Origin: a virus
Strand: one strand, 5' to 3'
Virus record (IMG/VR): IMGVR_UViG_3300009177_000006
Coordinates: 5,488-69,487 of that record
DNA length: 64,000 nt
The notes under the pieces are model-generated. The model saw nothing but the letters and a program-made list of their open reading frames with translations, was not told where the DNA came from and did no database searches. A program made the position numbers and the translations under genes. Each line of letters begins with the position of its first letter. Position 1 is the stretch's first letter. Below, piece after piece: positions 21,087 through 32,524 of this stretch.

Positions 21087-24000
21087 TTAACCGTCCACTA
21101 ATTTCTGAGTAATAGTATCCATCAGACCAGAATCGTTGCCGTTGTGTACGCCCATACGTACTTTCATTGCTACACCGTGAGGCGATGCCTTTGCTATCAA
21201 GTCATCAGCCGCGTTCTCGTCATAGACCGCAACGACTGTGATATTAGGCGTGTTACCGCCACCTGTCGGCACACCGTTCACCGTAGGTCTACGCACGGTT
21301 GAATTGTAATTGTCTGGCGCGCCAGACAAATTGATGCCCGGGACTCCGACATCACGCAATCGCCTGTAGCCGCCAAGCGCCATTATCTGCGATTGATTAA
21401 TGACCGCCTCGTTACCATGTACAACTATTGGCATCGCTCCCGAGGTCATACCCGTAAACATCGATACGCCACCTGTCGCAAATGTCGGCACGACTTTCTC
21501 GTCAAGAGCCGTAGCCGCCGCTTGAGCCATATCAGCCTTTTGACCTTCTTGCTTCAACGTATCGAGCAATGCGTTTATCTGACCGAGTTTCTCTTGAGCA
21601 AGACGTTTACCCGGACCTGTTTTCAGCGCCGCGACTTGTTGCGAATATTGATCCCTGATTGCCGTACCTTGTTGCAACGCCGATGCACCGTCTATCTTGT
21701 ACGTCTTGACTTGGTCGATGAGTTGCTGTATCTGCGTCATCGCATCGCCTGACAATTGGTTGACCTGCTTCTTTTCCTGCGCTCGGCGTTTAGACCGACC
21801 GAACAGATAAGACGCGAGCATCAGACCGCCAGCAATCGCAAGACCGATACCAAACGTTGCCGCACCTGACAAACCGAATAGACCGGCTGTCGAACCAAAG
21901 ATACCGCCCGTTGTCGCACCTGATACCGAGCCTGATGTAATCAAGCCGGTCAACAACGTTCCACCTATCGCACCGCCAACACCGCCAAGCACCTGACCGC
22001 CTATCGACTGACCGCCAAGACCGACACCAAGCGAGCCGCCAACCATCGCACCGGCAAGCTGAGTCTGAAAAGCTTTGCTCGATAACAGACCTCGTATGCC
22101 GGTCAACTGACGCGCGCCACCGCCAAGCGTCTGCATACCGCCCATACCGATACTGAACGGACCTGCGCCGATTGATGTCGGAGCACCGCCTAGCGAGATA
22201 TCACTAGAGCCGATACCGCTCAGACCACCGCCAAGACCAAGTAAACCGCCAAGACCGCCACCGCCACCGTAACCTGATGTTGACGGACCGCCAAAGATAT
22301 TGCCGCCGCCGATACCGACACCGCCAAAGCCTGACAATGACGGTACGACCGCACCGGCTGATGACAAGAGAGAACCGCCGCCAGACGATACAGACGAACC
22401 CGCGAGGTTAGAGCCGTTCATACCGCCGAATAGAAAGTTGGTGAACATATTACCGATGCCACCGCCGCCACCTGACCTCGCACCGCCAGACGATAAGGCA
22501 GGCGTGTCTAAGCCGAATAACGCTCGAAAGCCTTTGTTGACGATTAGCTTAATGAACGAGGACAGTAAATCGTGAACGGCATTAGTGAGCAGTCCCATCT
22601 TCGGCAAAATCTTATCAAGACCTTTGTCAATGACATCGTAGCCCGACTGGATCAATCCTACCTTGAAATCGCCCATCGCCTCAGTCACACCTTTTTGTGA
22701 CGCCATGAACTCAAGCACCTTTGTATCGGCTTGAGACGCCGAATATTTAGTTTGCTCTTGTATGTCTAGTATCGCCTTGTTTCGGGCAATGATTGCGTCA
22801 CTCTCTTTGTATCGGAGGTCAACGATATCTTTCAGTAATGCGGCCTGTATACGTAACTCTTGATTAACGTCAACGGTCGAATACTCGTCTTGTAACGCCG
22901 TGATTTGCTTCTCAAGATTGAACCGCTCACTGACCGCCTCGTTACGTCTACGCTCGGTCACAAAACCGGCATCGGAGTTCTGCTGTTCCAAGACAGACAG
23001 GTCACGCTCGATATCTTTACGCTCGTTGACCTGCTCGGTGTACGATTGTTGCAGTTTTACGTATGCCTCTTGCTCGGTGTTACGCTTACGGGCAACTTCC
23101 AAGTCAATCGCGTTCTGTGTCTGAGCCTTAGTTAGCAAGGCGATTTGGTGTTGAACGATTGTACTGATTTCCTCATCGGCATTTCGTTGTTGCAGGATCG
23201 TGTCGGTTATCAACTCCTCAGTATTGAGCGAGTCTTTCAGACGGGCGATGTATTGCTGGTCAAGGTTAGGACGTAGACCTACGCTCGTGCCAAGCTGTGC
23301 AGGCTGAGCCGTGAGGTCTGAGCGATAGGTATCACCGATACGCTTGACGAGAGCCGTAGCCCGAAGCTTACGTTCTTCCTCTGCGAAGTCGTTGATATCG
23401 ATACCGCCAATTGACGTTTTAATATTCGACTCTGCACCGCCGAAAAACTTGGTCAACGCTTGAGTACGAGCATTACCCGTCATCCGCAACAAGTGTTGAG
23501 CAATCGTGCCGTGCTGGTCTTTAGCCGTTAAGGGTACGTTCGGGTTACCGCCTAAGACCGTGCGATACAGGTCTGCTAATGATGCACCGGCTGTCTGCTT
23601 GCCAACCTGACCGAATCGGTCTTGTAGAAACGGCACGACCGAGTTCATCAACTGACTTGAGAACGTGAGATTCTGACCAACGTGATACTTGCTGTACTCC
23701 TCAGGACCGAACTGCACTAAGCCGGTATACGCATCGCCTGCACCGCCTTTAATGGTTGGCGAGAAAGTACCCTTAGTTTCGTAAGCGATGATTGTTGCGA
23801 GGTCAAGCGGTTTGATTCCCAGACGAGCCGCCGCTTCGATGAGTGTTTTAGCATCACCACTCGGCTCGAAAATCTTTTTAGCTTTCTTCGCCGCATCGCC
23901 TTCCAAGTCCTCAGTGTTACCCGGATTTTTTAGACCTAGAAACGGATTGTCACCTTGCGGCTGATTGGTAACAGCGGCACGGTTAGTAGCAAAGTCTTGC

Positions 24001-25529
24001 CACCGCTGATTAGCCCTATCGTAACCTTCGTTATGCTTAAAGACCGACTTCCACCACTGACTACGAGCGTCCATCGCGCCGGTCAACGCACCTTGCACAT
24101 CGGTATCAGACGCACCTTTGAAAGTCGGAAACTGATACTGTGAACCGAACGTTGGCGATCCCGGTATTTGTGCCGCTACTGTCAACACCAGATTAGCGCC
24201 GTCAACGATTTTATTGATACCGTTCATTACTGCCAAGACATCAAAGTTAACGCCCTGAACAATAGTGTTCATCATCTTGCCAATCATCTCTGAGAAGTTG
24301 GTGTACTCCTGAGAAACGATGTCTATAAAGTTGACGGTTGACACCGTCATCTTGGCGAAAGACGATACCCACGAATCGGCGGTCTTGTGTGCCTGATTTT
24401 CGTTCTTAGATAACGCGGTCGTATTTTTATTAAGCAGGTTAGTGACCGACTCGATAGCCGCAATGACATCGGGATTCTGCTCAAGGATACGACCAACGGA
24501 AATCTTGAGCCGGTCCCAAGCATCGCTCACATTCTCAACCGCCAGACCTGCGCTGTTAAATTGCGGATTGATTTTTTGCATTGTCTCAATCAGCTTTTCT
24601 AAGAACTGCTGAGGACCGCCTGCTTTCTTAACTGTTTCCTCGTTGAGATGACCAAACTCTTTCGTCATCAACTGGATCAAAGCTGGCATATGGTTAGCCA
24701 GTTCCCTAAAGATGATGCCGACCTTTTCACCGCCCGCCGAGAACTTGGCGAGTTCGGTAATCATTATGTCGAAGTCTTGCTGTGATGTGTTCGACAAGAC
24801 TCGGACCTTGGCGAGTCCTTCAAGTAATGATGTTGCCTTATCGGCTTGGAAGCCGACAGCCTCAAGTCTAAGTTGACCTTGTACCGCCGAGTCGAATCGG
24901 AGTCCCGGCGTCTTGTTAGCAACGTCAATCAACTTAGCAACACGGTCGTTAGCTTTCTCGACACTCCCTTCAAATTGAGCGAGCGCTTTGATTTGACTAT
25001 CGAGGTTGAGCGCCTTGTCGAATGAGTCTTTAACAAAGTCAACAATCATGCTCGGTATCTGGGCAAGCTTCGCCATGAAGTTAGCGGCGATGTTACCCGC
25101 GAGCGTTCCCCAAAACGTAGCCGAGAATATACCGTTGCTAGACTTTGCTTTCTCAGCCGCTTTCTGACCGGCTGACACGTACTCCTTTTCAATCTGATTC
25201 ATCGACGCCTTAAACGCCGAGACTCGATTGTCCCGTTGTACCTCAGACTCTTTCGCCAGTTGTTTAGATAGGTCAGCTTCCATCTTAAACCTCTGACGTT
25301 GCATCTGCTGTATATCCTGCATCGCCTTTTGCATCGCAGGATCATTTTTACCAGTACCGCCACCGCCAAACATACCGCCACCGACAGTCGCGAAGATACC
25401 TTTCATCTCACGCGCCCACTTCGTAGCGTCTGACTTCATTCGGTCTAACGCCCGATTGAAATCCGCAGACACATTTCCGGCTGACGTGCGAATTAAGATA
25501 TCGACCGCGGCTGTGGTATTGGCATCCAT
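21087..25529 (-). CDS. tape measure protein with lysozyme-like domain
   Basis: About 1480 aa helical A/G-rich protein after the chaperone; IIAYETKGTFSP..YTGLVQFG muralytic-type motif; start set at MDANT after the palindrome. Confidence 0.9.
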   Translation of the reverse strand: MDANTTAAVDILIRTSAGNVSADFNRALDRMKSDATKWAREMKGIFATVGGGMFGGGGTGKNDPAMQKAMQDIQQMQRQRFKMEADLSKQLAKESEVQRDNRVSAFKASMNQIEKEYVSAGQKAAEKAKSSNGIFSATFWGTLAGNIAANFMAKLAQIPSMIVDFVKDSFDKALNLDSQIKALAQFEGSVEKANDRVAKLIDVANKTPGLRFDSAVQGQLRLEAVGFQADKATSLLEGLAKVRVLSNTSQQDFDIMITELAKFSAGGEKVGIIFRELANHMPALIQLMTKEFGHLNEETVKKAGGPQQFLEKLIETMQKINPQFNSAGLAVENVSDAWDRLKISVGRILEQNPDVIAAIESVTNLLNKNTTALSKNENQAHKTADSWVSSFAKMTVSTVNFIDIVSQEYTNFSEMIGKMMNTIVQGVNFDVLAVMNGINKIVDGANLVLTVAAQIPGSPTFGSQYQFPTFKGASDTDVQGALTGAMDARSQWWKSVFKHNEGYDRANQRWQDFATNRAAVTNQPQGDNPFLGLKNPGNTEDLEGDAAKKAKKIFEPSGDAKTLIEAAARLGIKPLDLATIIAYETKGTFSPTIKGGAGDAYTGLVQFGPEEYSKYHVGQNLTFSSQLMNSVVPFLQDRFGQVGKQTAGASLADLYRTVLGGNPNVPLTAKDQHGTIAQHLLRMTGNARTQALTKFFGGAESNIKTSIGGIDINDFAEEERKLRATALVKRIGDTYRSDLTAQPAQLGTSVGLRPNLDQQYIARLKDSLNTEELITDTILQQRNADEEISTIVQHQIALLTKAQTQNAIDLEVARKRNTEQEAYVKLQQSYTEQVNERKDIERDLSVLEQQNSDAGFVTERRRNEAVSERFNLEKQITALQDEYSTVDVNQELRIQAALLKDIVDLRYKESDAIIARNKAILDIQEQTKYSASQADTKVLEFMASQKGVTEAMGDFKVGLIQSGYDVIDKGLDKILPKMGLLTNAVHDLLSSFIKLIVNKGFRALFGLDTPALSSGGARSGGGGGIGNMFTNFLFGGMNGSNLAGSSVSSGGGSLLSSAGAVVPSLSGFGGVGIGGGNIFGGPSTSGYGGGGGLGGLLGLGGGLSGIGSSDISLGGAPTSIGAGPFSIGMGGMQTLGGGARQLTGIRGLLSSKAFQTQLAGAMVGGSLGVGLGGQSIGGQVLGGVGGAIGGTLLTGLITSGSVSGATTGGIFGSTAGLFGLSGAATFGIGLAIAGGLMLASYLFGRSKRRAQEKKQVNQLSGDAMTQIQQLIDQVKTYKIDGASALQQGTAIRDQYSQQVAALKTGPGKRLAQEKLGQINALLDTLKQEGQKADMAQAAATALDEKVVPTFATGGVSMFTGMTSGAMPIVVHGNEAVINQSQIMALGGYRRLRDVGVPGINLSGAPDNYNSTVRRPTVNGVPTGGGNTPNITVVAVYDENAADDLIAKASPHGVAMKVRMGVHNGNDSGLMDTITQKLVDG

Positions 25530-25567
25530 AGTGTTTTGTTTTTTGTCTGGCGCGCCAGACAATGCTC

Positions 25568-27054
25568 TTACTTACGCTTCAAGTTGTTTTCCTGCATATA
25601 ATCGAAAATCGCACTAAAGGCTCCCGAGTCGCCCTTACCTTTTAAGGCTAGATTGTTCTCTTTATCTTCGCCTTGATTTTCATGATGCTCTTGCTCAACT
25701 TGTTGCATGACTGAGTTGGCGACCATATAAGCCATGATTGCCCAATGCGGATACAGTGATTCGTAAAGATTGAGTTTGCCTTCTCGACGCATCCTCAAGA
25801 TTGATACAGCTTGAATGAAACCTCGAAACTCTAAAGGCGTTACATTTTTCTTAGTAAAGTACAGCTTGCAACCATTCGCTTCGCCGTGACAATGCTGTTC
25901 TAACGTAACGCCTCGCCTCGCACACTCGCCCTGTATTTTATCTGATGTACAAAAGTCCTCGCCGGGACATCGCTCACTCGTCTTTAATTCGTAGATCGCT
26001 CGTGTGCGTTTGAGTAGGTATTCCTCAAACGCCTCTAAACGTTTCCCATTGAGTTCGCTTCACGGAAGATTTGTACGACCACATTCTTTTTGATTTGTAG
26101 CGGTACAAGAGCGAGTAAGGCGTCACGTTGTTTGTTGGCGCTCTGGTCAGAACTGATAGCCGGTATATCGATAGCCTGACCGTACAGCGATGCGCCTTCG
26201 ATTTTGGTAATCAGCTTGTCAAAAAGCTTGCTGACCGTATCGAGGTTGTAATACGTTTCGGCACGTTGACCGCCACCTTTCAGACCGACCGCGTAACCCT
26301 TTTGACCTTTCATCTCCCAACGTGAAAAGTCCTCTGCCTCAGGATCGTTCGCAAAGTATCGTATGACGTGTGTCGGCTCAGTAAAGCGACCAGTGTTGCC
26401 GACCTGCTCAATGCCGAGTGATTGACGAACGATAATCGTTCGCTCAAGAGACAGCGAATAGACCTGCTGAGCCTGTTCCTGCTTAGCAATCTCTTTCTGC
26501 ATATCGAACTCGTCATCAGAGCCGAACGGGTCAGACACATCGCCTTCGTCCTCAACCTCTGGTTTCTCGACCTCGATTTTTCCCGAGTACAAACGAGCCG
26601 CCGCCGCTTTACGAATAGCAGGCGAAAGCATATCGACATATCTAGCCGGTTTACCTTGGCGGTTAACCTTACCGTCAACCAGATCGAGCGCTTTGAAGAA
26701 CGTACCGTTCTGGTCAACGCCGTCTAATTGTACGCCGCCAAATTCATCAATCATCAACTCGTAATAGGCGAGAAGTGACTTTGTAAAATCGGTCTTTACA
26801 TCTAGCGGATTCTCGCCGTGTATCTGGGCAGGTGATGTGACCACGATGGACTTTAGCAAGTCCTCTCTCCGCTTCTCAGCCGCGAGCGACCACATCTTAA
26901 AGCGGTGTACTGTACCGTTCGGCAACCTCACTGTAACAGGTGCATCGAACGGAAATAGGGGATAGGAAACACCGTCTAAATCCCAAGACGGCGTTGACGT
27001 AGCGGGAGAAATTTGTGTGTCAGTGTTTTGTGTGTCAGTAGTTTCGGCGTTCAT
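25568..27054 (-). CDS. tail assembly chaperone pair G / G-T by -1 frameshift (G = 26035..27054)
   Basis: In-frame slippery G GGA AAC at 26047-26041 just before the G stop; -1 frame open to 25568. Confidence 0.8.
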
Positions 27055-27121
27055 GTTTTAAGTTACTCCTTAAAATAGTTAAAGCGGCCTTGTTTTTATC
27101 CGTCAGGCCGCGACTCGGAAA

Positions 27122-27571
27122 TTAGACTGGAACATCAGTGTTACTATCTGGCGGAACTGTACCGTAATCGCCGGGAGGTATCGGCATAGTGTGTAAGCCG
27201 TGTTCTGGTTGCGGCGATGTGTTCGGGTCTTTCGTCTGACCTTCTTTCTGCTGATTCTCATACGGCGCGTTCAGGTCAATCGGCTCGGGAGTCGGGGGAT
27301 CGCCTAAGACCGCCTCAGACTCAGCCTTAAAAGCGGCGTCTAATTCAGCATCGACAAGGACGTTGTTCTCGTCCCAAATCGGCGTTGGCGATTGTGGCGG
27401 CTCAGCCGTTCCACCTACCGCCTCAGTGTCTTTAACCTCAGACTCTTTCGGTGCTGGTTGACTCGGCGTTGACTGCGTAATTGATTTGTCTGGCGCGCCA
27501 GACAAACTTGACGAACTGCTTGGCGATGCTGTCGGCTCGAAATCGCCCGTTGATTCATTTTCTACTGCCAT
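27122..27571 (-). CDS. acidic, Pro/Ser-rich disordered protein
   Basis: GGGAGG RBS before ATG 27571. Confidence 0.65.
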   Translation of the reverse strand: MAVENESTGDFEPTASPSSSSSLSGAPDKSITQSTPSQPAPKESEVKDTEAVGGTAEPPQSPTPIWDENNVLVDAELDAAFKAESEAVLGDPPTPEPIDLNAPYENQQKEGQTKDPNTSPQPEHGLHTMPIPPGDYGTVPPDSNTDVPV

Positions 27572-27587
27572 GATTTTATATCCTCCC

Positions 27588-28679
27588 TTAAGTGATAGCG
27601 ATGCTGACGCCGTTGATGACCTCGATGCTGTACACACCGTAATAAGCGGCGTGAACTAACGGGAATATCGTAAACGTTTTCGTTGACAGGTTGTTCGATT
27701 CACCGGCTGACGGCGTTCGCAAATTAAACTTCGGTATCACGACCGCGACCGAGTATTTGTTCGTGACTGACGCACCGACATAATCACCGAGCATGGTCCA
27801 CTTCCAGTTGGTATACACGAGGTTCTTTTCTTCGGCGTCTTTGATGTTGTACGTTGAGTCCATGCCCATCGTCCACTCGGCGCTGACCTCACGGTCACCG
27901 AAGTACAAAAAGTCACGATACCAACCACGTTGCGGCGTAGTCGCATCGATTGGCGGCATACCGGCTCGTGTATCGCCCGTATTCAGATTGTTGTTCGCTG
28001 AGAACGTCTGGCTACGAAGCTTGTGTGACGGTGTAGTCAAGTTCTGAGTTGCCGCGAGGTCATCGGTATACGTCATCTGAGACTGCGGACCGTACATATA
28101 AGCGTCTTGTGGCGGTAGAGCCATTGCTCCAAATGACGGATAATCGACCGATATACGCTTGCGATTGCCTGACGTGACGATTGCCATTGTGTATGACGGG
28201 TCAGCCGCGCCCTGCTGTGTAAACTGTAACGTCGAACCCACACCGCCCGTTAACAGATAGTCGTACTCATTCAATGAGTAAACGCAAGACGATGACGGCA
28301 ACTGTAACCCGTCAACGTCAGGATCGGCTTCTTTGAACGTGTGCTTAAACGCGATTGCGGCTTCGACCGTTGTCGGTGTCGTACCGGCTTTGCCCATATA
28401 CCGGCGAAGTAACGGTGCAAGCGTTGTCGCTTGTGCCATATCGGTAAACTCGAAACCGATAGGCTGAGCGAAACCAGATCGTTGAAAAGTCGGATACATC
28501 GCCGTCTTTCGACCGATAACGCCACGGTCATCTGTTTTCTCGGTTTGCGGTACAGGAAATGCTCTGGCTCGCGTAACCATCGGCGTAAACAATGACGCCG
28601 TAACAGGGTTTACACCGTAGGTCGATTCTGGTGCGGTCGAATAGGCAATGACTGTTTGCGATAATAGAGATTCGGCCAT
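27588..28679 (-). CDS. major tail tube protein
   Basis: ESTYGV N-terminus, FKHTF, beta-rich; position after tail terminator. Confidence 0.8.
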   Translation of the reverse strand: MAESLLSQTVIAYSTAPESTYGVNPVTASLFTPMVTRARAFPVPQTEKTDDRGVIGRKTAMYPTFQRSGFAQPIGFEFTDMAQATTLAPLLRRYMGKAGTTPTTVEAAIAFKHTFKEADPDVDGLQLPSSSCVYSLNEYDYLLTGGVGSTLQFTQQGAADPSYTMAIVTSGNRKRISVDYPSFGAMALPPQDAYMYGPQSQMTYTDDLAATQNLTTPSHKLRSQTFSANNNLNTGDTRAGMPPIDATTPQRGWYRDFLYFGDREVSAEWTMGMDSTYNIKDAEEKNLVYTNWKWTMLGDYVGASVTNKYSVAVVIPKFNLRTPSAGESNNLSTKTFTIFPLVHAAYYGVYSIEVINGVSIAIT

Positions 28680-28695
28680 AACTTAAACTCCTTTG

Positions 28696-29277
28696 TTAGT
28701 GTTGAAGTGCTTCTGAGATAACCGCAAACATCGAACCCGATGCGACGATTACATTGCTCCCGTCAGAAAACGGAGTAGGTGACAGATTGCTAAATTCTAA
28801 AGGTCGTATTTCACGCAAGTATTGATTACTGCTTACCATAACATCAGCGTTACGCCAAAGGGAAGCTGAGACTAAGCGAGCCTCGTCTAACGCCGCCCGT
28901 TGAGTTCCAGACTTACCATCATTTTCAAAGAATCCCCAGACATCAAGTTTAATCTGCCAAGACCATTGCCCGTTGCGGCTACCGATGGTATCAGGAACGC
29001 CCGATGGTCCTTTGATAAAGAGCGCTTCGGCTATCCCGATGGTCCAGCAATGCACGAGGTTATTCTCGGCTGAGCCTACCTTATCGACCTTTAAGATATT
29101 GGTCAGCCTGCCGAGTAACGTTAAGCTGTCAATCTCATAAACCCAATATGGGAAAATGCGGACGCCTCGTGAGCCGTCATTATCGACCGTGAACTTGATA
29201 CAGTCGGCAAGCGTCTGACAAAGGTCACCGAACGAATAATGAGAATCGGCTGATATGTCGATGAACGATAGTGGCAT
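28696..29277 (-). CDS. tail terminator-like protein
   Basis: Synteny and size. Confidence 0.55.
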   Translation of the reverse strand: MPLSFIDISADSHYSFGDLCQTLADCIKFTVDNDGSRGVRIFPYWVYEIDSLTLLGRLTNILKVDKVGSAENNLVHCWTIGIAEALFIKGPSGVPDTIGSRNGQWSWQIKLDVWGFFENDGKSGTQRAALDEARLVSASLWRNADVMVSSNQYLREIRPLEFSNLSPTPFSDGSNVIVASGSMFAVISEALQH

Positions 29278-29831
29278 TAACTCACCTTGACAATACCGCG
29301 AGCGATGTTAGCCGCCGCGTGTTGCGTGAACTGGTTGATAGACGGCTGAGCCATACCGAGCGCAAGCTTTGGCACGTTACGAGGTTTAATGCCACGCTCT
29401 TTGATTGCTCGTAGGATCGGAAACCACGCCGACTTCGGTATTGCTAAAAACGTGAACCATCTGAGCATCTCTGGCAACGGCTCAAATATCTTACCGCCTC
29501 GTGGTCCTGTGCCGACCATTCTGACCGGCATCTTAGCACCTGCTTTACGTCCCGAGATGATAAATTTCAAAGAGGCGTCACCAACGACACGGCGTTGCAC
29601 TAAGCCGGTCTGCGCGACACCAAACAAAGCGAGACGGCGTGACGTGACGAACTCGCCTCTAATTGCTCGGTAGTTCCGACCAGTGGCGATTGCACCTAGC
29701 GTCATTAACGCATTTTTGGTGTAACCGACTAACGCCTCTTGAATGTTAAGCGCCAACTTATCAGCTTCGGTATTGACGAGCGGATAGTTGATTGCAATCT
29801 TTGGAAATTTAACGTCTACCTCAATCATCAA
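29277..29831 (-). CDS. neck / tail completion protein (HK97 gp10-like)
   Basis: Basic; ATGR..AI and RAIKERGIKPR motifs; synteny. Confidence 0.6.
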   Translation of the reverse strand: MMIEVDVKFPKIAINYPLVNTEADKLALNIQEALVGYTKNALMTLGAIATGRNYRAIRGEFVTSRRLALFGVAQTGLVQRRVVGDASLKFIISGRKAGAKMPVRMVGTGPRGGKIFEPLPEMLRWFTFLAIPKSAWFPILRAIKERGIKPRNVPKLALGMAQPSINQFTQHAAANIARGIVKVS

Positions 29832-30229
29832 TCTAGTTGCGGTTTCTTATCATTAAACGCCACGTGTATAGCGAATACGAATCGCTGTTCGTCAACGATA
29901 GGATTGCCTTCGGTCGATAGCTTGTAACGTTGACGGCTACCCGTTGTCAGACTACGCAAATCGAATCCCCAAGCCTTGGCGAACTCGGTAGGATCGAGCG
30001 GCGCGTTCGTGTTGACATCAAGAGCATATTGAGCATCAACGGTCAGTAGCCATTCGGCGGCTCCCTGTGATGTATCGGTATTACGCCCAACGTAAAAATG
30101 TGAATCGACAAGAGCGATAAGTGTAAGGCCTTGACCGCCGTCAGCAAGCTTGTACAACTTGATTTGCTGATTAGGATGAAAGCGTTTCCTAAATCTGTCG
30201 ATTTGACTATTTTTAAGACCTGCTGACAT
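29828..30229 (-). CDS. head-tail joining (stopper-like) protein
   Basis: Synteny. Confidence 0.5.
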   Translation of the reverse strand: MSAGLKNSQIDRFRKRFHPNQQIKLYKLADGGQGLTLIALVDSHFYVGRNTDTSQGAAEWLLTVDAQYALDVNTNAPLDPTEFAKAWGFDLRSLTTGSRQRYKLSTEGNPIVDEQRFVFAIHVAFNDKKPQLD

Positions 30230-30269
30230 AAAGGTTCATTAGTGACTGTTTGTCTGGCGCGCCAGACAA

Positions 30270-30698
30270 TTACCATCGTGGCGGACAACGCCGATGAGCC
30301 AGACCAAAGAAATTCGGATTGACTAAATCCTCGGTCGTAGCATCATCGCCCTGTATTGCTGTGATTGCATCGTTCGCATTTTGAAGTAACAGAGCCGATT
30401 GCTTCGCGAGGTCTTGCGGCTCGTACTTAAGAAAACCGGCTGGTAACTTTTCTTCTGATATCAGGCGTAATGTCGGTGCGACAAGACCTGCAATGTAAAG
30501 CGTGGCGGCGTAGTCGGCTGATGACGCTTGGTCTGTCCATTGTTCCTCAGTTAGATTACTCATAATCCAACGCTCAGCCTCGCCTTCGTAGATGTTCATT
30601 GCCAAGACCTCGTCAGGCAATAGAGTCTCATCTACTTCTGTACCGATAGCCGCTCGGACCTCTGGAAACTTTTCGTCTGGAAACGTATACGCCGCCAT
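30270..30698 (-). CDS. head-tail adaptor protein
   Basis: EVRAAIG..LPDEVL helical adaptor pattern; synteny. Confidence 0.6.
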   Translation of the reverse strand: MAAYTFPDEKFPEVRAAIGTEVDETLLPDEVLAMNIYEGEAERWIMSNLTEEQWTDQASSADYAATLYIAGLVAPTLRLISEEKLPAGFLKYEPQDLAKQSALLLQNANDAITAIQGDDATTEDLVNPNFFGLAHRRCPPRW

Positions 30699-30710
30699 TT
30701 GTTACCTCGC

Positions 30711-31178
30711 TTATTTTTTCTCCGTGCTTGCCTCAAAGATCGCTTCGGCAAGTTCGGTCTTATTCGGATGCTGAGTCGCATCAATGCCGTACTCATCAGC
30801 CAGTACGTTTAGCTGTTCACGAGTATAACGCTTCTCGATGTCAGCCGCTGTATCGCCTTGATTGAGAGTCGGTTTTGAAATGTCAGCGAGTCCCGGCTCG
30901 AAAGTATCGCCTGCTTTCTCATCGGCACCGGCTTCAACAAGCCGTTGGTCTGCCAATGCTCTCATCACCGCGCCGGTCTTTGGTACGTTGTGTACCTTGT
31001 CATCAGCGATAAAGACTTCGCCGTCCATAATCGCTGAATCGGCAAAGACCTTTGTCCCGTCTGACTCGGTCTTAATGACCTCGCCAACGTACTCGTCGCT
31101 CTTATCATGTAAGGCGACAGGGTAACCACCTTCCGAGGTTTTTCCCAGATTGCTTTTTACTGCTACTGTATCTGCCAT
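30711..31178 (-). CDS. capsid-associated protein with C-terminal HeH/LEM-like motif
   Basis: TREQLNVLADEYGID..NKTELAEAI. Confidence 0.6.
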   Translation of the reverse strand: MADTVAVKSNLGKTSEGGYPVALHDKSDEYVGEVIKTESDGTKVFADSAIMDGEVFIADDKVHNVPKTGAVMRALADQRLVEAGADEKAGDTFEPGLADISKPTLNQGDTAADIEKRYTREQLNVLADEYGIDATQHPNKTELAEAIFEASTEKK

Positions 31179-31285
31179 ATCCTACTCCTTGTAGTATCGA
31201 TTGCTGACGTTTAGAGGCCGTTTGACCTCGTTTCGACCGCAAGTCTATGGGTTTACATACCCGTATAATGTAAACCCGTCTAAGC

Positions 31286-32524
31286 TTAAGCCGCGAGGTT
31301 GAGAATCTGGTTAGCGTTACCGCCTTCCATGATGTCGTACCCTTCGACCTCTGACAGAATCAGCGAGTTGATTTGCTGTTTTACATCACGGTCCGACTCT
31401 TGAATGTTGGCGCCGATTTCAAACACTCGCTCAACCGCAAATCGTCTGTCGATGCCTACGAGTTTTGACGCAGGCGCAGACGCCAACCAACCGTACCGCT
31501 CGCCACCTGCCAACGTTTGGTTAATCGGAGTCATCGACATAATTTGACTGCCCGGGATACCGCCCATCATTACGAGCGGAATGTTTGTCGAGCCGGTATT
31601 AAGCATTAGAAGCTTGAGGACCGATGTCGACTGACCGAGTACGTGTGTCATCTGGAACGGATTTAAGAATTTCATCTTAAACGCGAGCCATGCCGCAACG
31701 GTCAAGTTGTTTGCCGTTGTCGCGGGATCGAGCGCAGTCAAGTTGTAAGACGTAGCCGATGTGCCAGAGTTACCATCGCCGTTGACGATAATGCCCATGA
31801 CCGTATCGACCTTGTCAGTTTCGACCTTGATAGCAATACGCTGTACATAGATTGACATCAGGTCAATCGGGATACGGCGCAACGCCTCATACGTCACGTC
31901 AAGACGGCGACCGAATTTAGTCAGCGTGATGCTGTGTTCCGTGGTCGATATACGAACCGCTGGAATCTCTGCGGCCTCAGACACGCGAGCAGTCGCCTTC
32001 TGCACGTCCTGTATGTAGAACGGCTTGTAGTAATTGCTGTTAATGCCGGTTGTTTGACCGATGAGTTCTGCCAACGGGATTGCTGGCTGTAGTGGAACGC
32101 CTCGAGGAGTACCGGGATACTGCCATTGATTTATCATCGTCCCGGGTACGCCTTCGCCAGACGCTACCGTCACACGAGAACCGCCGTGTATCGAGCGACG
32201 ATAGGCGCGACTAAAAATCTCGATTGCCAGATGTCTAGCAACAGGATGATTGACAACGTCCTCAAGCGTCGATGCACTGATGCCGAGTTCTGGGTTTGAC
32301 GATGTACGAATGCCACACGCCGCCAACACTCGGTTGAACGCGTCTGAGCGCGTACCCACTGGATGCTGTGACGTTGGGTCAGCCGCTTCCAGATAACGGG
32401 ATACGTTCATGCCGTTATCGTAAGCTTCTTTGGTCAAGCCGCCGCGAATGACCTTTACCAAGTCTTTCGCGATAGCCATTGCTCGCTGTGACGGCTTTTT
32501 CTTACGAATTACTTTTAATTCCAT
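31286..32524 (-). CDS. major capsid protein (HK97 fold)
   Basis: ARVSEAAEIP, LTKFGRRLDVTYEALRR; synteny; AAGGAG RBS. Confidence 0.88.
   Translation of the reverse strand: MELKVIRKKKPSQRAMAIAKDLVKVIRGGLTKEAYDNGMNVSRYLEAADPTSQHPVGTRSDAFNRVLAACGIRTSSNPELGISASTLEDVVNHPVARHLAIEIFSRAYRRSIHGGSRVTVASGEGVPGTMINQWQYPGTPRGVPLQPAIPLAELIGQTTGINSNYYKPFYIQDVQKATARVSEAAEIPAVRISTTEHSITLTKFGRRLDVTYEALRRIPIDLMSIYVQRIAIKVETDKVDTVMGIIVNGDGNSGTSATSYNLTALDPATTANNLTVAAWLAFKMKFLNPFQMTHVLGQSTSVLKLLMLNTGSTNIPLVMMGGIPGSQIMSMTPINQTLAGGERYGWLASAPASKLVGIDRRFAVERVFEIGANIQESDRDVKQQINSLILSEVEGYDIMEGGNANQILNLAA

Noticed and set aside
25530-25562. ORF-track starts at MSGAPD (also 4878-5114, 8644-8829, 19526-19735)
   Set aside because: The start codons are created by the palindrome edge itself and lack RBS support
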